The notes under the pieces are model-generated. The model worked only from the letters and a program-made list of their open reading frames with translations. It was not told the origin of the DNA and searched no databases. Shown here piece by piece: positions 1-13,200 of a stretch of 64,000 nt of DNA (the first letter of the stretch is position 1; every line of letters begins with the position of its first letter). The translations under genes and the position numbers were made by a program. The stretch lies in assembly GCA_964016885.1 (NCBI GenBank), contig OZ024745.1:130262001-130326000 (forward strand). Reading direction: 5' to 3'. This DNA comes from Eledone cirrhosa (Eukaryota).

Positions 1-1094
1 TCTCTCTCTCTCTCTCTCTGCCAACTTAACCAATTCGCTTAAAATATGGCTGACCGTTTCTCTTTTTTGTTCCACACATTCTAGAGATTGGTGATTTATA
101 GTATATAAGCTTTCGTACGGAGGAAGTTCTATTATACTTGAATTTTCCAAGCATTACTTACTTCACCAAGACACTTATGAGAAATAACGTGTCACCAGTT
201 GTTTATTTACGACAATTCTGTGAAATTCCATTTCATGGAGACTTATATAAGGACACGTTTAGTCCCCTAAAAAATGTCTATGGCTGAAAGAATAGGCACA
301 TATATATTAAAGGCAACAATTACGATGTTTGGTAAATATGAAACCAATGGCTTCAATACTGGATAGGTAGTATATCACAGTCTTATCTCGCCGAGAGCAT
401 ACTTTAATATATGCCGCCCATCGTCCTAACTTTTATCCAATCGCAAAAGATAATAGTTAGAATTGAATTCCTCATGAAATCGAAATTATTTCTATTTATT
501 TACTCATGATAATATATCCTATTTTATTTGTCTTTTCTTTTCATTGTGTTTTTCTATCAACTCCGTCTCATCAAATGCCATAGCTTAATTCCATAAGTTG
601 ACAAGAAGAATGGAACTCCTTCAGTAGTTTTGACACCAAGCTTGGCAGGAGGACGTATTTGGCGTCCATAATTACCGACTGTCTTTCTAGTTGTCTATCA
701 CAACGAAACACTTCTCTGGGCTACGATAATGTTTTAAATGTCAACACATTTCTACCTTTTGGCAGATTTTGTCATTTTAAAAGCCAAAAATCCTTCAAGG
801 GATTAATTAATTGCTTAGATAAAATATCAAATTCTGTCCCCTTTGAAACGATTTAATGGTTATATAGAGACAATACTTAAGATATCAGTTCACTAATTCC
901 ATTTGATTAAATTGTAAGTTTCGTATTTTAAACCTTACAGATTTGTTAACAGATTCCCAAAACGAAGTCGAGAAATAATAATAACTCAATTTCTAAAATG
1001 TTATACACATGGATTTGCTATTTCATATTTCAGTAGTTTCTTTATCTTCCCCATTCTCATTTTCCCTCTTTGATGTTATGCTACCACGTTATTA

Positions 1095-1205
<111 letters not shown>

Positions 1206-1342
1206 TAAATAGATAAATAGATAGATAGATAGATATGTATGTATGTATGTATGTATATATATGATGTGTGTGTATGTGTGAATACTGGGTCCAATCAGGT
1301 GTAAAGATAGTAAGGTACTCAATACATTAGTAGAGTGTAAAC

Positions 1343-1482
1343 ATCATTTTAAATATAGAAATGGCTTCTACAGGACTAGAACTGTTTCATTCAAAAGAAA
1401 TCACCAGGAAATCTTTCCTGGTGATTTATTTTGAATGAAATAGTTCTAGTCCTGTAGAAGCCATTGCTATATCAAACATGAT
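1343..1482. repeat. Near-perfect 140-bp palindrome abutting (TA)n, with a variant hammerhead-like core
   Basis: Arms meet at a 2-nt loop (1412-1413). Each arm reads tttc-CTGGTGA...GAAA-(c/t)ag..ctg-TA-gaag. Confidence 0.85.
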
Positions 1483-1593
<111 letters not shown>

Positions 1594-1594
1594 A

Positions 1595-1853
1595 TAATAA
1601 TACAAGGATGATTTGTTAACCCTTCATTACGTTTATTGATTGGTGACGCACGTTTCACAATTGATCAGCTCAAGGTTCGATCAGTATCGATCTGGACCGA
1701 ATCTGTCATTACTAAAACAGAGGTCCGACGAGCTTTTCATTCCAGAGTCGGGCCAGTTCGATACAGATCGTACATTGAGCTGATCAATAGTGAAACGTGC
1801 GTCACAAATCAATAAACGTAACGAAGGCTTAACAGATCATCCTTGTAATATTA
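1595..1853. repeat. Inverted repeat (about 105-bp arms, about 45-nt spacer) abutting (TA)n; probable PLE pLTR fold-back
   Basis: 1595-1700 pairs with 1747-1853. Degenerate core CTGATCA-atagt-GAAA-cgtgcg-TC. Unpaired extension to about 1960. Confidence 0.8.
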
Positions 1854-2011
1854 TATTACACTCTGTCTAGCTCTACACCTCGCTACTGACGTGAATCTAA
1901 ACATCGAGTGCTCACCTGGGTGAACCTACAGTAACTTCACCTTACACTCCCTGGATAGTATTATATAAGAATCCAGCTTCTATAATTTTCGGCAGAAGCA
2001 GGGGAGTACGC

Positions 2012-2053
2012 GGCTCTGATGAACAGCAACCAGCGTGAAACAGACTGTCAGCT
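2012..2053 (+). ncRNA. Minimal type I hammerhead ribozyme
   Basis: GGCT-CTGATGA-ac(agcaaccagc)gt-GAAA-CAGACTG-TC-AGCT with a GUC triplet. Stem I can extend (ggggag/ttccctcc). A (TA)n tract lies about 130 nt downstream. Confidence 0.75.
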
Positions 2054-4441
2054 TCCCTCCTTTCTTTCGCTGAAAAGATGTAAGTGACATAGTCACTACT
2101 TTAAAACTGATAGCGTATGATTTTCTAAATGTTTTTAATTAAACATATGGTATATTGCCAAATATTCTATACATACATTCATATATATATATATATATAT
2201 TAAAAAGTGAGGTTTCTTTTACAAAATGAAAAATAACTGAGGTGTCCTACACGAGTGAATGTATAAAGAAACAAAGATGAAATCGAAAATGCAACTGGAG
2301 GCTTAATTTAAAAAAAATATATATATTTATTTGGTCCCTTTACCGGTTTCTCAGTTCTTCTGCTTTTCAAAAGTAGAGTTGAGATGGAGGGTCTGTGGTT
2401 TTTCTCAAATCTATATAAATATATTCCTCTGTATCCATTAGTCTTGTGACATACTAGAGTTATTATCTTTTTACTTCTACGTGTGACCATTTTACTTCTC
2501 TCTTTCCCTCTTATTCCTACCTTATCTTATTGTCTTTTTCTCCTACCCTACCTCTCACATGCACATATATTTATGCGGATATACCTACCACTTTTTTCGA
2601 CTAACCTAAAAGACAATGAAACACTAAATTTCATATTTTCATTTTCTTAATAATTCCATTTATTCTGCATTGTTCGTCCGTTTCTCCGTTTTTATTTGAA
2701 TTTTATTTTAATTTTTTTTTTTTCTTTCATTGTCAACAATGTGATTATTCCATTTCGTTCTTTCTTTCAGGTTTTTTTTTAAAATCTCGCTTTCATTCTT
2801 TTCCTTCTGAATTTTTATTACTGATTTATACCTTTTATTTTTCATCTGCCACATTTCATATTTTTTCCTTTCTGCTTCACTTTAAGAAATGCATAAGAAA
2901 ACGCTTCTTTTTCCTCATTCATTTCTGTAACATTTCCTTCACCTATTCTCTTAGTTGTTTTATTCTTTATGTTTAAGGCGGCTTTAGTGTTGCTCATCAT
3001 AAGACATCATATCTGTATAATGATGTTCGATTTTAATGACATTAATATTTGCACCATACCGTGTTATATCTCTTAGGAAAACACTGTCGCTTTCAATAGA
3101 TCTTATTTTTTTCCCCTTTGTTTTTCCTCAGCCTTTTTATAGTTTAGTATTATTTCATATGATTCCTTTCGTTTTTTTATTATTTTACGATTATTTTCTT
3201 TGTCTTTATTTCTGCTGTGTTTGTATTTTACGTACCTTCCGGGCCGTCTTTATATCATTAGAGTGATTACTTGTTTCCTTCTTTTCTCTGTTTTACCTTG
3301 ATATTGTTAGTTTTTAATCTTTAGCTTCAGGAGATCTCTGATGGAGCAGGTCTGTGATCAAAAACATTCGAACAGTGACCATTTGTCATTTAATAGGTAT
3401 ATATGGCTACAATATCTAATGTATGCTATCTCTTCTTAAAGTAGATTTGGAGGACTGTTAGCTTATATTTCTAGCAGCATAAGCGACCGTGGTTTTGTTG
3501 ACTGAATGTACGTTTAATGACGGCTGCGAAGATTCGTATTGTTGCTGTTCTTGAACATGTTGTAGATGTAATTGATTTTGATTATAATTGGAACACATCG
3601 TAGTAATGTTGATAATAGTAATAAAAGAAATGGCAATGATTTGGATATTCATTCTATTATTATATTGGTTTGTGTTTCATTCTTTTGATCGCTATTATTT
3701 ATGTTAGTAGAATTATATACTATTTTTATTGTTATCTGTGTTGTGTGCTGAAGAGTAGATTTGATTGATTCACAGCTTTTATTTTTTCTCCCATTTAATG
3801 ATCAAAACTTCATTACAAACAACAGAACAGAATGTCTTTGGCTACATACGTATTTTCCAAAGTTTTTTTTTTTTTCTATTTCGTTTTCCATTCATTTCAC
3901 TGTCGAAACATTTTTTACTTTTGTTTCATCAACTTCGGCAGAATAGTTGTTCTTGACAAGAAGAAAAACACAAGTTCATGGTCAGCGGGGGTTGATATTC
4001 AAACTCTCAATACTACTACTTCATGATATATATATATAAAAAAAAAAGTAAAGAGGAAATACATGAATAAAAGAAACGAAAATTACAAATAAACGAAATA
4101 AACCAATATTCACAATCATCCCCAACATCGAGTACTGTAATGATATCTTTAATAACAACAGCTTAGCATGTAATATTATTTTGTTATGCTTCAGTAAATG
4201 AAAGCCACTGAAACGTACAGATCATATTACTGACACTTTCTGTGACAAAAACAAGGTTGGAGTCAATACTAATTAACCGACATAGCCTTATCTAAACTAT
4301 TCTAACTAAACAAATTCTCACAAAACCTGTATTATTGAATGAGGCGTAATAAATTGAAAGTAATGTTATTGACTAAAATCGTGCTAATGTCAATTACTTA
4401 TAATCCATGTAATGAATAGATGTTTGCCCTTAGGTGAAGAA

Positions 4442-4662
4442 AATAATGGTTTCTGATTTAGGCACAAGGCCATCACTTTTTAGGGAGGAGAAAGTCGATT
4501 AATCGACCCCAGTACGTTACTGTTATTTCTTTTCATCGACCACGTAAGGCTGAAAGGCAGAGCTAACCTCGGTGATATTTGAACCAAGAACGTAAAGGGA
4601 CGCAGCGCTATGCCATAAATGATACTGTCCGATGCTCAACCGATACAGCCAATCAACCACCC
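4442..4662 (-). mobile_element. tRNA-derived SINE (Meta-core-like family A)
   Basis: Degenerate match to the family consensus: A box TGGCAGTATCGG, B box GAGTTCAAATCC, core GCCTTTCATCCTTACGGGGTCGATAAA...AGTACCAG. Confidence 0.75.
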
Positions 4663-4997
4663 TTGTAAAGTAAACAATGCTTGCAAAAACCTATATACTA
4701 AACACCGGTTTGAATCTTTGCTAGAAACATTTTCATTTCACTAACATATGTTACATGTGTGCTGAGGCCATGGTCATCCGAATGTCATATTTGCATCCTC
4801 TGCAAGGTGTGGGTGTCTAACAGAAGGTCACATTCTATTCTCATATCTGTCTGCCAGACACAAATATAATTTAGTGACATTAGCATTCTTCAAACAACAC
4901 CCAGGCTGCAACATTAATAGCGACGGAAGTGTGGCATTCCCAATAGAGATACTTCAAAAGTGTTTGCAATATTATTTAATATTATTATCACTTCAAC

Positions 4998-5617
4998 GGC
5001 GGTGGATTGGCGCTATCGGTAGAGCGTCGAACATTACGACTTAGAGTTATGGCCCTTTACTTTCTGCGTTCAAATGCTGTCGAAGTTAGCTTTGCCTTTT
5101 ATACTCACCGGTTCAATAAAATAAAGTACCTGTAATGCACTGGGGTCGATTCAATCGCGCAAAACTGTTGGGGTTGCGCCTTAATCAGACAATTATTACT
5201 TGGCAGTATCGGTAGAGCGCCAGACACCATGTTTTGCAGCTTAGAGTTATGGCCCTTTGCGTTCTAAGTTCAAATCCCTCCGAGGTTAACTTTGCCCTTC
5301 ATCCTTACGGAGTCGATAAAATAAAGTACCAGTCACGCACTGGGATCGATTTAATCGACCCCCCCCCCACCCGAAATTGCTGGCCTTGTGCCGATATAAG
5401 AAACCATTATATTACTGTATCTAAGGCGGTGGTTTGGCAGTATCGGTAAAGGATCGGACGCCATACTTTACAGCATAGAGTTACGTCCGTTTACGGCATG
5501 AGTACAAATCCCGCCACGGTTAACTTTGCCTTTCATCCTTTCGGGATCGATAAACTAAAGTACCAGTAATGTACTGAGATAACTGCTGGGGTTGTGTCAA
5601 TAGTAGGAACAATTATA
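4998..5617 (+). mobile_element. Three head-to-tail family A SINEs
   Basis: Copies at about 4998-5198, 5200-5413 and 5425-5617, each with A/B boxes, core and an ATT tail. Confidence 0.85.
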
Positions 5618-6006
5618 TTACTCTATTCCTTTATTTTACACTACACTGAGGCTTTGGATTTCTTGACAAAACGATCAAGTTTTCACTGAGCTATATATTA
5701 AATTTTACATAACGATGAATATAAATTGTAGACATTTGTTAATTTATCTTAGACTTTCTAATATATGCATTGACATTCATGATTTTATTAAATGCACTGT
5801 TGATGAATAAGCATTATGTAAATCAGTTTGATCATTTCAACTAATTTTTAATTTGGTTTTGATATAAATAGAGATTCACGATATCTACATTTGTGGAGGG
5901 AAGTTTAATCGTACTTTTCTATGTGTCTGGCATACTAACTGGCTTTTGAGACCCTGTAATATGATCGCCATATAAAACTTCCATATTGAGCCTCTCATAC
6001 GTTTAA

Positions 6007-6385
6007 TCTATATACTACTAAAACTCTTTGATTGTGTGCTTGCTTGTCTGTAGTGTAATACAGCCAAAAGGGCGCATAATGGGAAAAACACTTTGAAATG
6101 AAGTTGACCCTGAAATGGGAAATCAAATAGAATAAAACAAGTTTCGCGCAAATTGAAGCACGGGTTCCCGAGATATGGGGTTTTCTGGGCACCTTCACAA
6201 ATAGCCAAAATGGTGCATCATGGAAAAATACTCCGAAAGCAATATAACCCTGCAAACCTTCATAAATAGCCAAAATGGTGCACCATGGGAAAATAATCCG
6301 AAGTACATCTCCTTGAAATGGGAATACAAACGAAATAAAACAAGTTTTTCGGGTACCTTGAACTAACGGGTCACGGGAAGTCTAG
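6007..6385 (+). mobile_element. Non-autonomous Helitron
   Basis: 5' TCTATATACTACTAAAA, 3' GC-rich segment then CTAG, inserted between A and T with no TSD. Internal tandem repeats (atagccaaaatggtgca.catggga). Confidence 0.75.
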
Positions 6386-6548
6386 TATATATATAAACCT
6401 ATTGTATATGCTTTCATATACACCACTATTTCGAACCAGACTATTTTAGTTCTACTGCCAATTCAATCACAATTTTCAATCACAATTTTCTAACTAACCT
6501 CTCGCTTTACTACCATAATTCATTCACTCTTTTCCTCCTGCTTCTTTA

Positions 6549-6580
<32 letters not shown>

Positions 6581-6611
6581 CATACATATATATATATACA
6601 TATATATATAT

Positions 6612-7013
6612 GTAGAAGTTATATTTAATTTGTTGGGATACAACAAGCAAATATTGTTATAACTGATATAAAGCACTCAACAAATTTTTGGAGTAAAAAT
6701 ACAATATATTAACAAATGGAAACTATATTTATAAAACCATATTTATTTCATTATACATATTTCAAGGACACCAAAGCAAATTATGGTGCGCTTTCATCAC
6801 ATAAAATATAATATAGATCAGTTTTATAAACAAATATTGACATACTCTTAAAGAATGCGACCATATCCGGGAGTATGTCAATATTTGTTTATAAAACTGA
6901 TCTATATTATATTTTATCTGATGAAAGCGCACCATAATTTGCTTTGGTATCCTTGAAATATATATAATGAAATAAATATGGTTTTATAAATATAGTTTCC
7001 ATTTGTTAATATA

Positions 7014-7019
<6 letters not shown>
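6612..7019. mobile_element. Fold-back element (probable PLE pLTR, second family) with hammerhead; arms about 6700-6847 and 6871-7018, unpaired tail about 6612-6700
   Basis: About 148-bp inverted repeat with a short spacer, and (TA)n at both ends. Homologous to 21420-21635. Confidence 0.8.
6910..6974 (+). ncRNA. Minimal type I hammerhead ribozyme
   Basis: TATTTTAT-CTGATGA-aag..acca..tggt..ctt-GAAA-TATATA-TA-ATGAAATA: an 8-bp stem I and a palindromic stem III. Confidence 0.8.
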
Positions 7020-7057
<38 letters not shown>

Positions 7058-7621
7058 TCCATTACGAATTCTTTCTCAATCGCTTTTACATTTCTCTCTA
7101 ATAAATACTAATTCGTTGATCATGTTTGAATTAAATCTTTTTTCTTAATAATAAATATGTTATGCACACTGATATAATTTGGCCATAATTTGATATCAAA
7201 TCTAATGATATTCATTGAAAAGTAAAGATAAAGATGAATTGATTTAATTTCTCTCGTAAATATATTGTCACTTAATCATAACGACTTTACACATTGTTTA
7301 TCTATGGAATGTCTCACGCTATTCTTAGTATTGTTTACCAAGAAACTCTTAATTGTCAGTTCAACTTTCATTCACGTTGTTGCTTGTATGCTTAATAAAA
7401 AATTTTTTTTCTTAAACCTTTATATATATTTTAATTCATTACTTGTTTTGTATTATATAATAATAGAATATATGTTTATATGCTTAAACAAACAGAAAAA
7501 TAAAGTAGCATTGGAAAGGACTATAGATGCCATAAATGGGAGGAAAAGACGAGGAAAGGCTAGGACAGCTATACAAGGGAAGAAAGAAAGGGGTAAGGAG
7601 AGAGGGTGTCAGATTTTACAA

Positions 7622-8079
7622 CTAGGTCCGAGCGGTGTTTCCCCACGGACAAAATGATAAAGGCATTTCTACGGTCAATGGCCATCGACACCCGCTACAA
7701 CAATCACACCACATCACAGGACTCCTTCATCCGACGGGCTGCTACCGATCAAATTTTACAGAGGAGGTAGTGTAATTATCTAATTTAATATTCAGGTTTT
7801 ATTATTGGAGATCCCCTTTCATTTCAATGGGATAAAATATTTTTTTCAATTTTCCAGTGTGCCATCAACTAATCTGACCCTCAAAATGCTCGCAATCGAC
7901 ATTTTCTCCAGGAAATTGTAGAGGGTGGGTGGGTGTGACGGCCCTCCAGAACCACGTCCACCTTGAAGTATTCTCTACAAATTTTATATCACGTGTTATT
8001 AACGAATATGACCACCAAACCAGTCGGAGAGAAGGCAATATACATTCCTAGATGATTTTACATTCTAGATATATGTAGA
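7622..8079 (-). mobile_element. Non-autonomous Helitron (different family)
   Basis: Minus strand begins TCTACATATATCTAGAATG and ends GTCCGTGGGGAAACACCGCTCGGAC-CTAG. A|T target. Confidence 0.65.
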
Positions 8080-8248
8080 TTTGTGCATGTGTGTGTACAG
8101 GTATGTATAATATAAACATACTCTACTATTGCTAGTAACAAGTATTCTGTTGAGTAGTGGTCTAACTATTTTAAAACTGCGTCTATCTTGATATATATAG
8201 AGGGGGAGGTAAATGTGTATATATATATATATATATATATTTATATTC

Positions 8249-8738
8249 TGTTATACTTTGGGAGTGCCATGTTGCCAATAAGAAACACATGCACCGGTTG
8301 TTTTCACTCCAATTTATTACAAATTAAATTTATGAATTTAAGAATGCAACAAATATCCGGTTTGTTTGTTGGTTCCACAACCGGGCGGTTGTTCATATCT
8401 TGTTTTTGTGTGTGTTGAGAACACACACAAAAACAAGATGGCGTAGGACAGAACAAAGGAGAGGCACAAAACAAAGAGAAGAATCCCCAGTCACTGAAGA
8501 GGTCACAGAATGTGTGACAAAAGAACTTTGACAATATATGTACAACCGTCCGGTTGTGGAACCAACCAACCGGAAATTTATAAATTCTTAAATTTATCAA
8601 TTTAATTTAATAATAAATTGGAGTGAAATCGGTGGTGCGTGTGTGTCTTATTGGCAACATGACCCTCCCAAAGTATAACAATATCGGTTTCAACACAGGT
8701 TTTCAGATAAAGAATCTTGCTAAACAAATTCATAAATG

Positions 8739-8740
<2 letters not shown>
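8249..8740 (+). mobile_element. Truncated fold-back copy of the 55-57 kb PLE pLTR (inverted arm about 8249-8400; sense arm + tail about 8417-8740)
   Basis: Near-identical to 57420-57686 plus the tail at 55284-55340. The hammerhead at 8490-8532 has GAAA changed to AAAA. (TA)n on both sides. Confidence 0.9.
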
Positions 8741-8776
<36 letters not shown>

Positions 8777-8786
8777 GGGGAGGTAA

Positions 8787-8905
<119 letters not shown>

Positions 8906-8948
8906 AAGATAGACATAGATAAATATATATATATACATACATACGTAC

Positions 8949-9002
<54 letters not shown>

Positions 9003-9529
9003 TTATATGTGTGTGTATATATATATATATATATTAACGCACACACACACTTACGTACGCGTTTTATGAATGTTAGTGAGTACATATTTAATATTCCATT
9101 GTATCATGATTTATGAAGATACAAACTGAAGTACTGACTGAATAGTTAGATGAATGGCTGATATAAGGTTATGAAGTCGAATATCAGATAGATTGGTCGC
9201 TTTGAAGATACGAACATCTTAGAAAGCTCCAAAGGATCAAAATGCATGAAAATAAATAACGTGGATATATTGTTCTTGGATTGAATCCTTTGTTCATTTT
9301 AAAGTTATGCTTTCACAGTCATCTTTAGTTCAGCCTATCTATTGAAACACGGGTAAAGTCCTATAATAAGATGTAAAATCTACTATTTTGATTCCCATCT
9401 GCACGATTAATGTAAACAACTAAATTTATGGCGTCAAAATTCCACTACATTGTATGTATGTGTCTATGTATGTATGTACGTATGTATGGCCATCCCAAAG
9501 TGTGTAAATATGTATATACACATGTACCG

Positions 9530-9836
9530 CACGGTTAAACCACTGGCATTGAAGCCTTTGTCAGGGCATTCTTCTAGGAGAAGGCAACTCAGGAAACTGG
9601 GATAACTCCGATATAAAACCTGCGGCTCAGTAGTTACCGATGATGCTGATCTTTTCTTCTTTTCGGGTTATAGCTACTCAGAGAGTGGGATTGGCTCAGT
9701 GCACAGTCTTTCCTTACTTTAAAAAATATCTTCACGCACAGGCATTGCACGATAGAATTAATTAATAATTATTAATAATGGTATATCATGCAATGGCCAT
9801 ACTCTATAACGAGGGGGCGGGCCATCATGTATGTAT
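9530..9836 (+). mobile_element. Putative RTE-derived non-autonomous element (partial) ending GCCATC(ATGT)n
   Basis: Homologous to 10140-10300 (AAAACCTGCGGCT, TACTCAGAGAGTGGGATTGG, CTTTCC..ACTT.AAAAA). CTAGGAGAAGGCAACTC resembles RTE 5' UTRs, from recollection. Confidence 0.45.
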
Positions 9837-9838
9837 GT

Positions 9839-10410
9839 GTGTCAGGTCGCTCTCGGGTGCTACTGGTAACATGTAAACCAGAAGTACAACCTGTCTCAGT
9901 GGTACAACCTGTCTCATGGTTGGGTCGTCGGCGACTAAACCTGACCCCCACCCCCACCCCATCACCACCCCACCACCACCATCACCTCCCAACTTAGTGA
10001 GGAGGGTGATATTCGGATAAACTACGGAGTGAAATACAAGATCCGGTGAAGAGGGGAGGAAATCAAAAGATTCAACGGCCAGCCAAATAGTGCTTTTTTT
10101 TTTAACCTGAGAGTGAAAAGTCCCCAGTTGTTGTCACAACAACTTTCTAAGGGAGAGAAATACTGAAAACCTGCGGCTTCGGAAGCATCTGATGATGTTT
10201 ACCAGTTCTCCTATTCGGGTAGTGTTTTCGATACTCAGAGAGTGGGATTGGTCGAGTTCAAGGCCTTTCCCCACTTAAAAAATCTTCAAGCATTGCTTGT
10301 TCAGGTTATTTTACAGGTTCGTGTGGCTGACCGTAGCCTAAAAGTGCACCATTTTCTATAATCTGAAAAGCGATTGCAGTACTCTTAGCAGAGTTTGCAG
10401 CCATCATGTA
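9839..10410 (+). mobile_element. Putative RTE-derived non-autonomous element with a structured 5' module, ending GCCATC(ATGT)n
   Basis: Same 3' end and central homology as the preceding element. GTCAGGT/ACCTGAC closes a base-paired 5' domain. Confidence 0.45.
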
Positions 10411-10456
10411 TGTATGTATGTATGTATGTACGAATGTATGTATGTATGTATGTATG

Positions 10457-12352
10457 TTCTTCTGGTTTTATAATTTCACAAAGTTTTCCCAATAGAGAGA
10501 GAGTCGGTTTCTAACAGACACAAGACTCCCTCATTGGAATTTACACATCAACTACGTAGATATGTATGTATGCATGCATGTGTATATATGGATGTTATTG
10601 TATGTGTGGATGTGTATGTTTTGTGTTGTATATGTGCATGTGCATATGCTTTGTATCTGTACATGTATATATGCAGTTATTAGATGCAACATTTTTGGAA
10701 TGTTTTACATATTTTTACTGTTCCATTAATTGATTGTACTTGTAATTTCCTAACTAGTCTTCTTTCTGTTCCTGTGAAGCCCAGCTTCTCAAGATTTGTA
10801 TTGAGGCAGTTACTAACATACCCCAGTGCCCCAATAATCACAGGCATAAATCTGAAGGTGTAATCAGGGTGGAGTATCTGCGGATGTCTCATCAGTTCTG
10901 CATAAATATTCTCCTTTTCACTAATCTTTGATATTATATTGGCATCTGCTGGGCAGCTAATTTCCACTACTGTGCATGTTTTCTTCTCCCTGTCCCATAT
11001 CATAATATCTGGTTTGTTATGCCTGCATTTTATTGGGGTTTTTACTGGAACATTTCACCAGTGCTCTTTCATATTATGTACATGGATGTCTTCCACATTG
11101 TTGTAGCTTTTAATGTGTTTATTATCGGGGCTATCTTTTTTACGAACTGCATTGTACAGTGTTTTGGCGACTACATTATGCCTCATAGGTAGATAGTACC
11201 GCGATGACATCTTTGGGCAGCTGTTGATGACATGGATGATATCCTCGATGTTAGTTCGGCAGAGTCTGCACTTGTTATCACATCTAGGTGTTTTGCCTGC
11301 ATCCCTATCTCTTTTGTGAATCAGGTATTTCGTGTTAATCTCCTGTTCCTTGATTGCAAAAACGTATCCTTCAAAGTGGGAGCCAATATAGCGGTTGTTG
11401 GTCCAAGATAGACTACTTTCCTTATCTATATTACTCTCACTCTGGAGCTTCCTGGCAACATATCCATGATTTTTTGCTGATAGGCATGCTGTTTTTCATC
11501 CATGAAATTCACTGCGATACTGCTGAGCGACATCCCTGGGGTGAGTTTTGATTATCACACAGGTAATATCTCTCAAGGAGTTCCTTCCCAACTCTCATGA
11601 TCTTATCTGTTTCATGTAGATAGACTTGCTCGAGAAACGGGCTCCTACGCTTCGAGGTTCGTAGATGTAGTCGGAGAGATATGATACGACATTCAAATGT
11701 TGTCTGGACTTATGTTAGGCCTCTGCCTCCCTGCTTATGTTTCAAGTAAAGGCGGTCTATGTCACTGTTGATGTGGAAGTTTCCGGTGTTGTTCAGTATT
11801 TTTCGAGTTTCAACATCAACTGCTCGGATTTCGTCTATCGTCTAATTGAGTATTCCAAACGTTGGTGTTAGGACAGACACAGCAAACACATTGTGAGCCA
11901 CTGTTTTATTTGGAGCAGAGAGTTCCGATAACCAGATCTTTCTTAATTGGGCGTAGTATTCTCTGGTTACGCGTCCTTTATTACAGATACCATTATAGGA
12001 TATGTTCTCATCTATCCCCAGGTATCTGTAGCAGTTCTCATCAGATATCGGTGAAACAGTTAGGCCATTGATGACAATGTTGCTAGATTGGGTTGTTGTT
12101 TTTCCCCGCTTTACAGTCATGTATGAGCATTTATCTTGGCCAAACTCCATTCCTATATCCTTTTAGAACGTTGTAACCAGGTCAAGATTTTTCTTCATCC
12201 CATCCATGATCTTGACATAGAGTTTCAGATCGTCCACAAAGAAATTATGGGTTAGGTTCGTATTTCTGTCCTCCTGTGAGCCAATGATGTATCCCTCACA
12301 TTTCTTGAGCAGAAAGGACAAGGGGTTTAATGACAAGATGAATAATATCACA
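10457..12352 (-). mobile_element. 5'-truncated R4/Dong-like non-LTR retrotransposon (RT, CCHC, restriction-like endonuclease), disrupted
   Basis: Motifs LFILSLNPLS, HNFFVDDLKLY, FGQDKC, YRYLG, CRLC..EDIIHVINSCP, RHN and KPDIMIWD...VVEISCP. About 37-bp target duplication in (TATG)n at 10420-10456 and 12353-12389. Confidence 0.9.
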
Positions 12353-12857
12353 GTATGTAAGTACGAATGTATGTATGTACGTATGTATGGACCCATAACT
12401 GTCGAGAGAGTCGTAGGGACGGGGCGACATATTGAAACACGACGTCCCAAGTACATTGTTTTAAACTTGGTGGAGCTCATCTCGTCTCCAGGTCCCAATA
12501 CAGTAGATTTCCTCCAGAGAAGGATAGAGTGTAAAAGAAATGAAGTAAAAGAGATAGAGGAGGAATCGATTCACTACTAGACTGATACTTAAATGAATGT
12601 TAGGCAAAATTGAGCTTGATCCACTATATTAATCGATTCTACTTCGTCAAATGATGTTCATGTATGTATATCTTTTAGGATCAGTTAAATAGTTCTTTAA
12701 GAATTGTAAACTGTTTATTATTGAGTTTCTTTTTTAGGAAAGAGGGCTCCACATCATGGCAGATACATTTGCGGGTAAACCTGAAATTAATTCATCGAAT
12801 CCTAGAAGGTAAAAGTTAAATTCAATTATAGGTAAACATTTAAACTTAAAAGAAAAG

Positions 12858-13200
12858 GTACCCCTTGGGTTCAAATAATAGGTGGTTTGGGGTTGGAATA
12901 AGGGAGATTTAGAATATTCGGTGGAGCCGGAATAAACGGTAATTTATAAAAGCAAGTTGTCTCCGTTGAATTTTTAAAAAACCAGAATTAATCGTTTAGT
13001 TCACATATTAAGACCCCAACCCACCCTATTTATTTTATGACGTATGAAATTTCTAGTAATGTATTTTTTTTTTTATCATGTATTATGGTTTTCAATGTCT
13101 AAAGAAAATTAATTCTCGCAGGTTAGCTCTACACCTTAAAATAAAATTTCGCCGGAGATAGATTAGCAAAATTTAATAAGCGGCGGAAAGGGTTTGGAAA
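12858..13200. mobile_element. Diverged partial copy of the 28.8-29.2 kb MITE
   Basis: Reverse-complement similarity seen by eye over about 330 bp. Confidence 0.6.
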
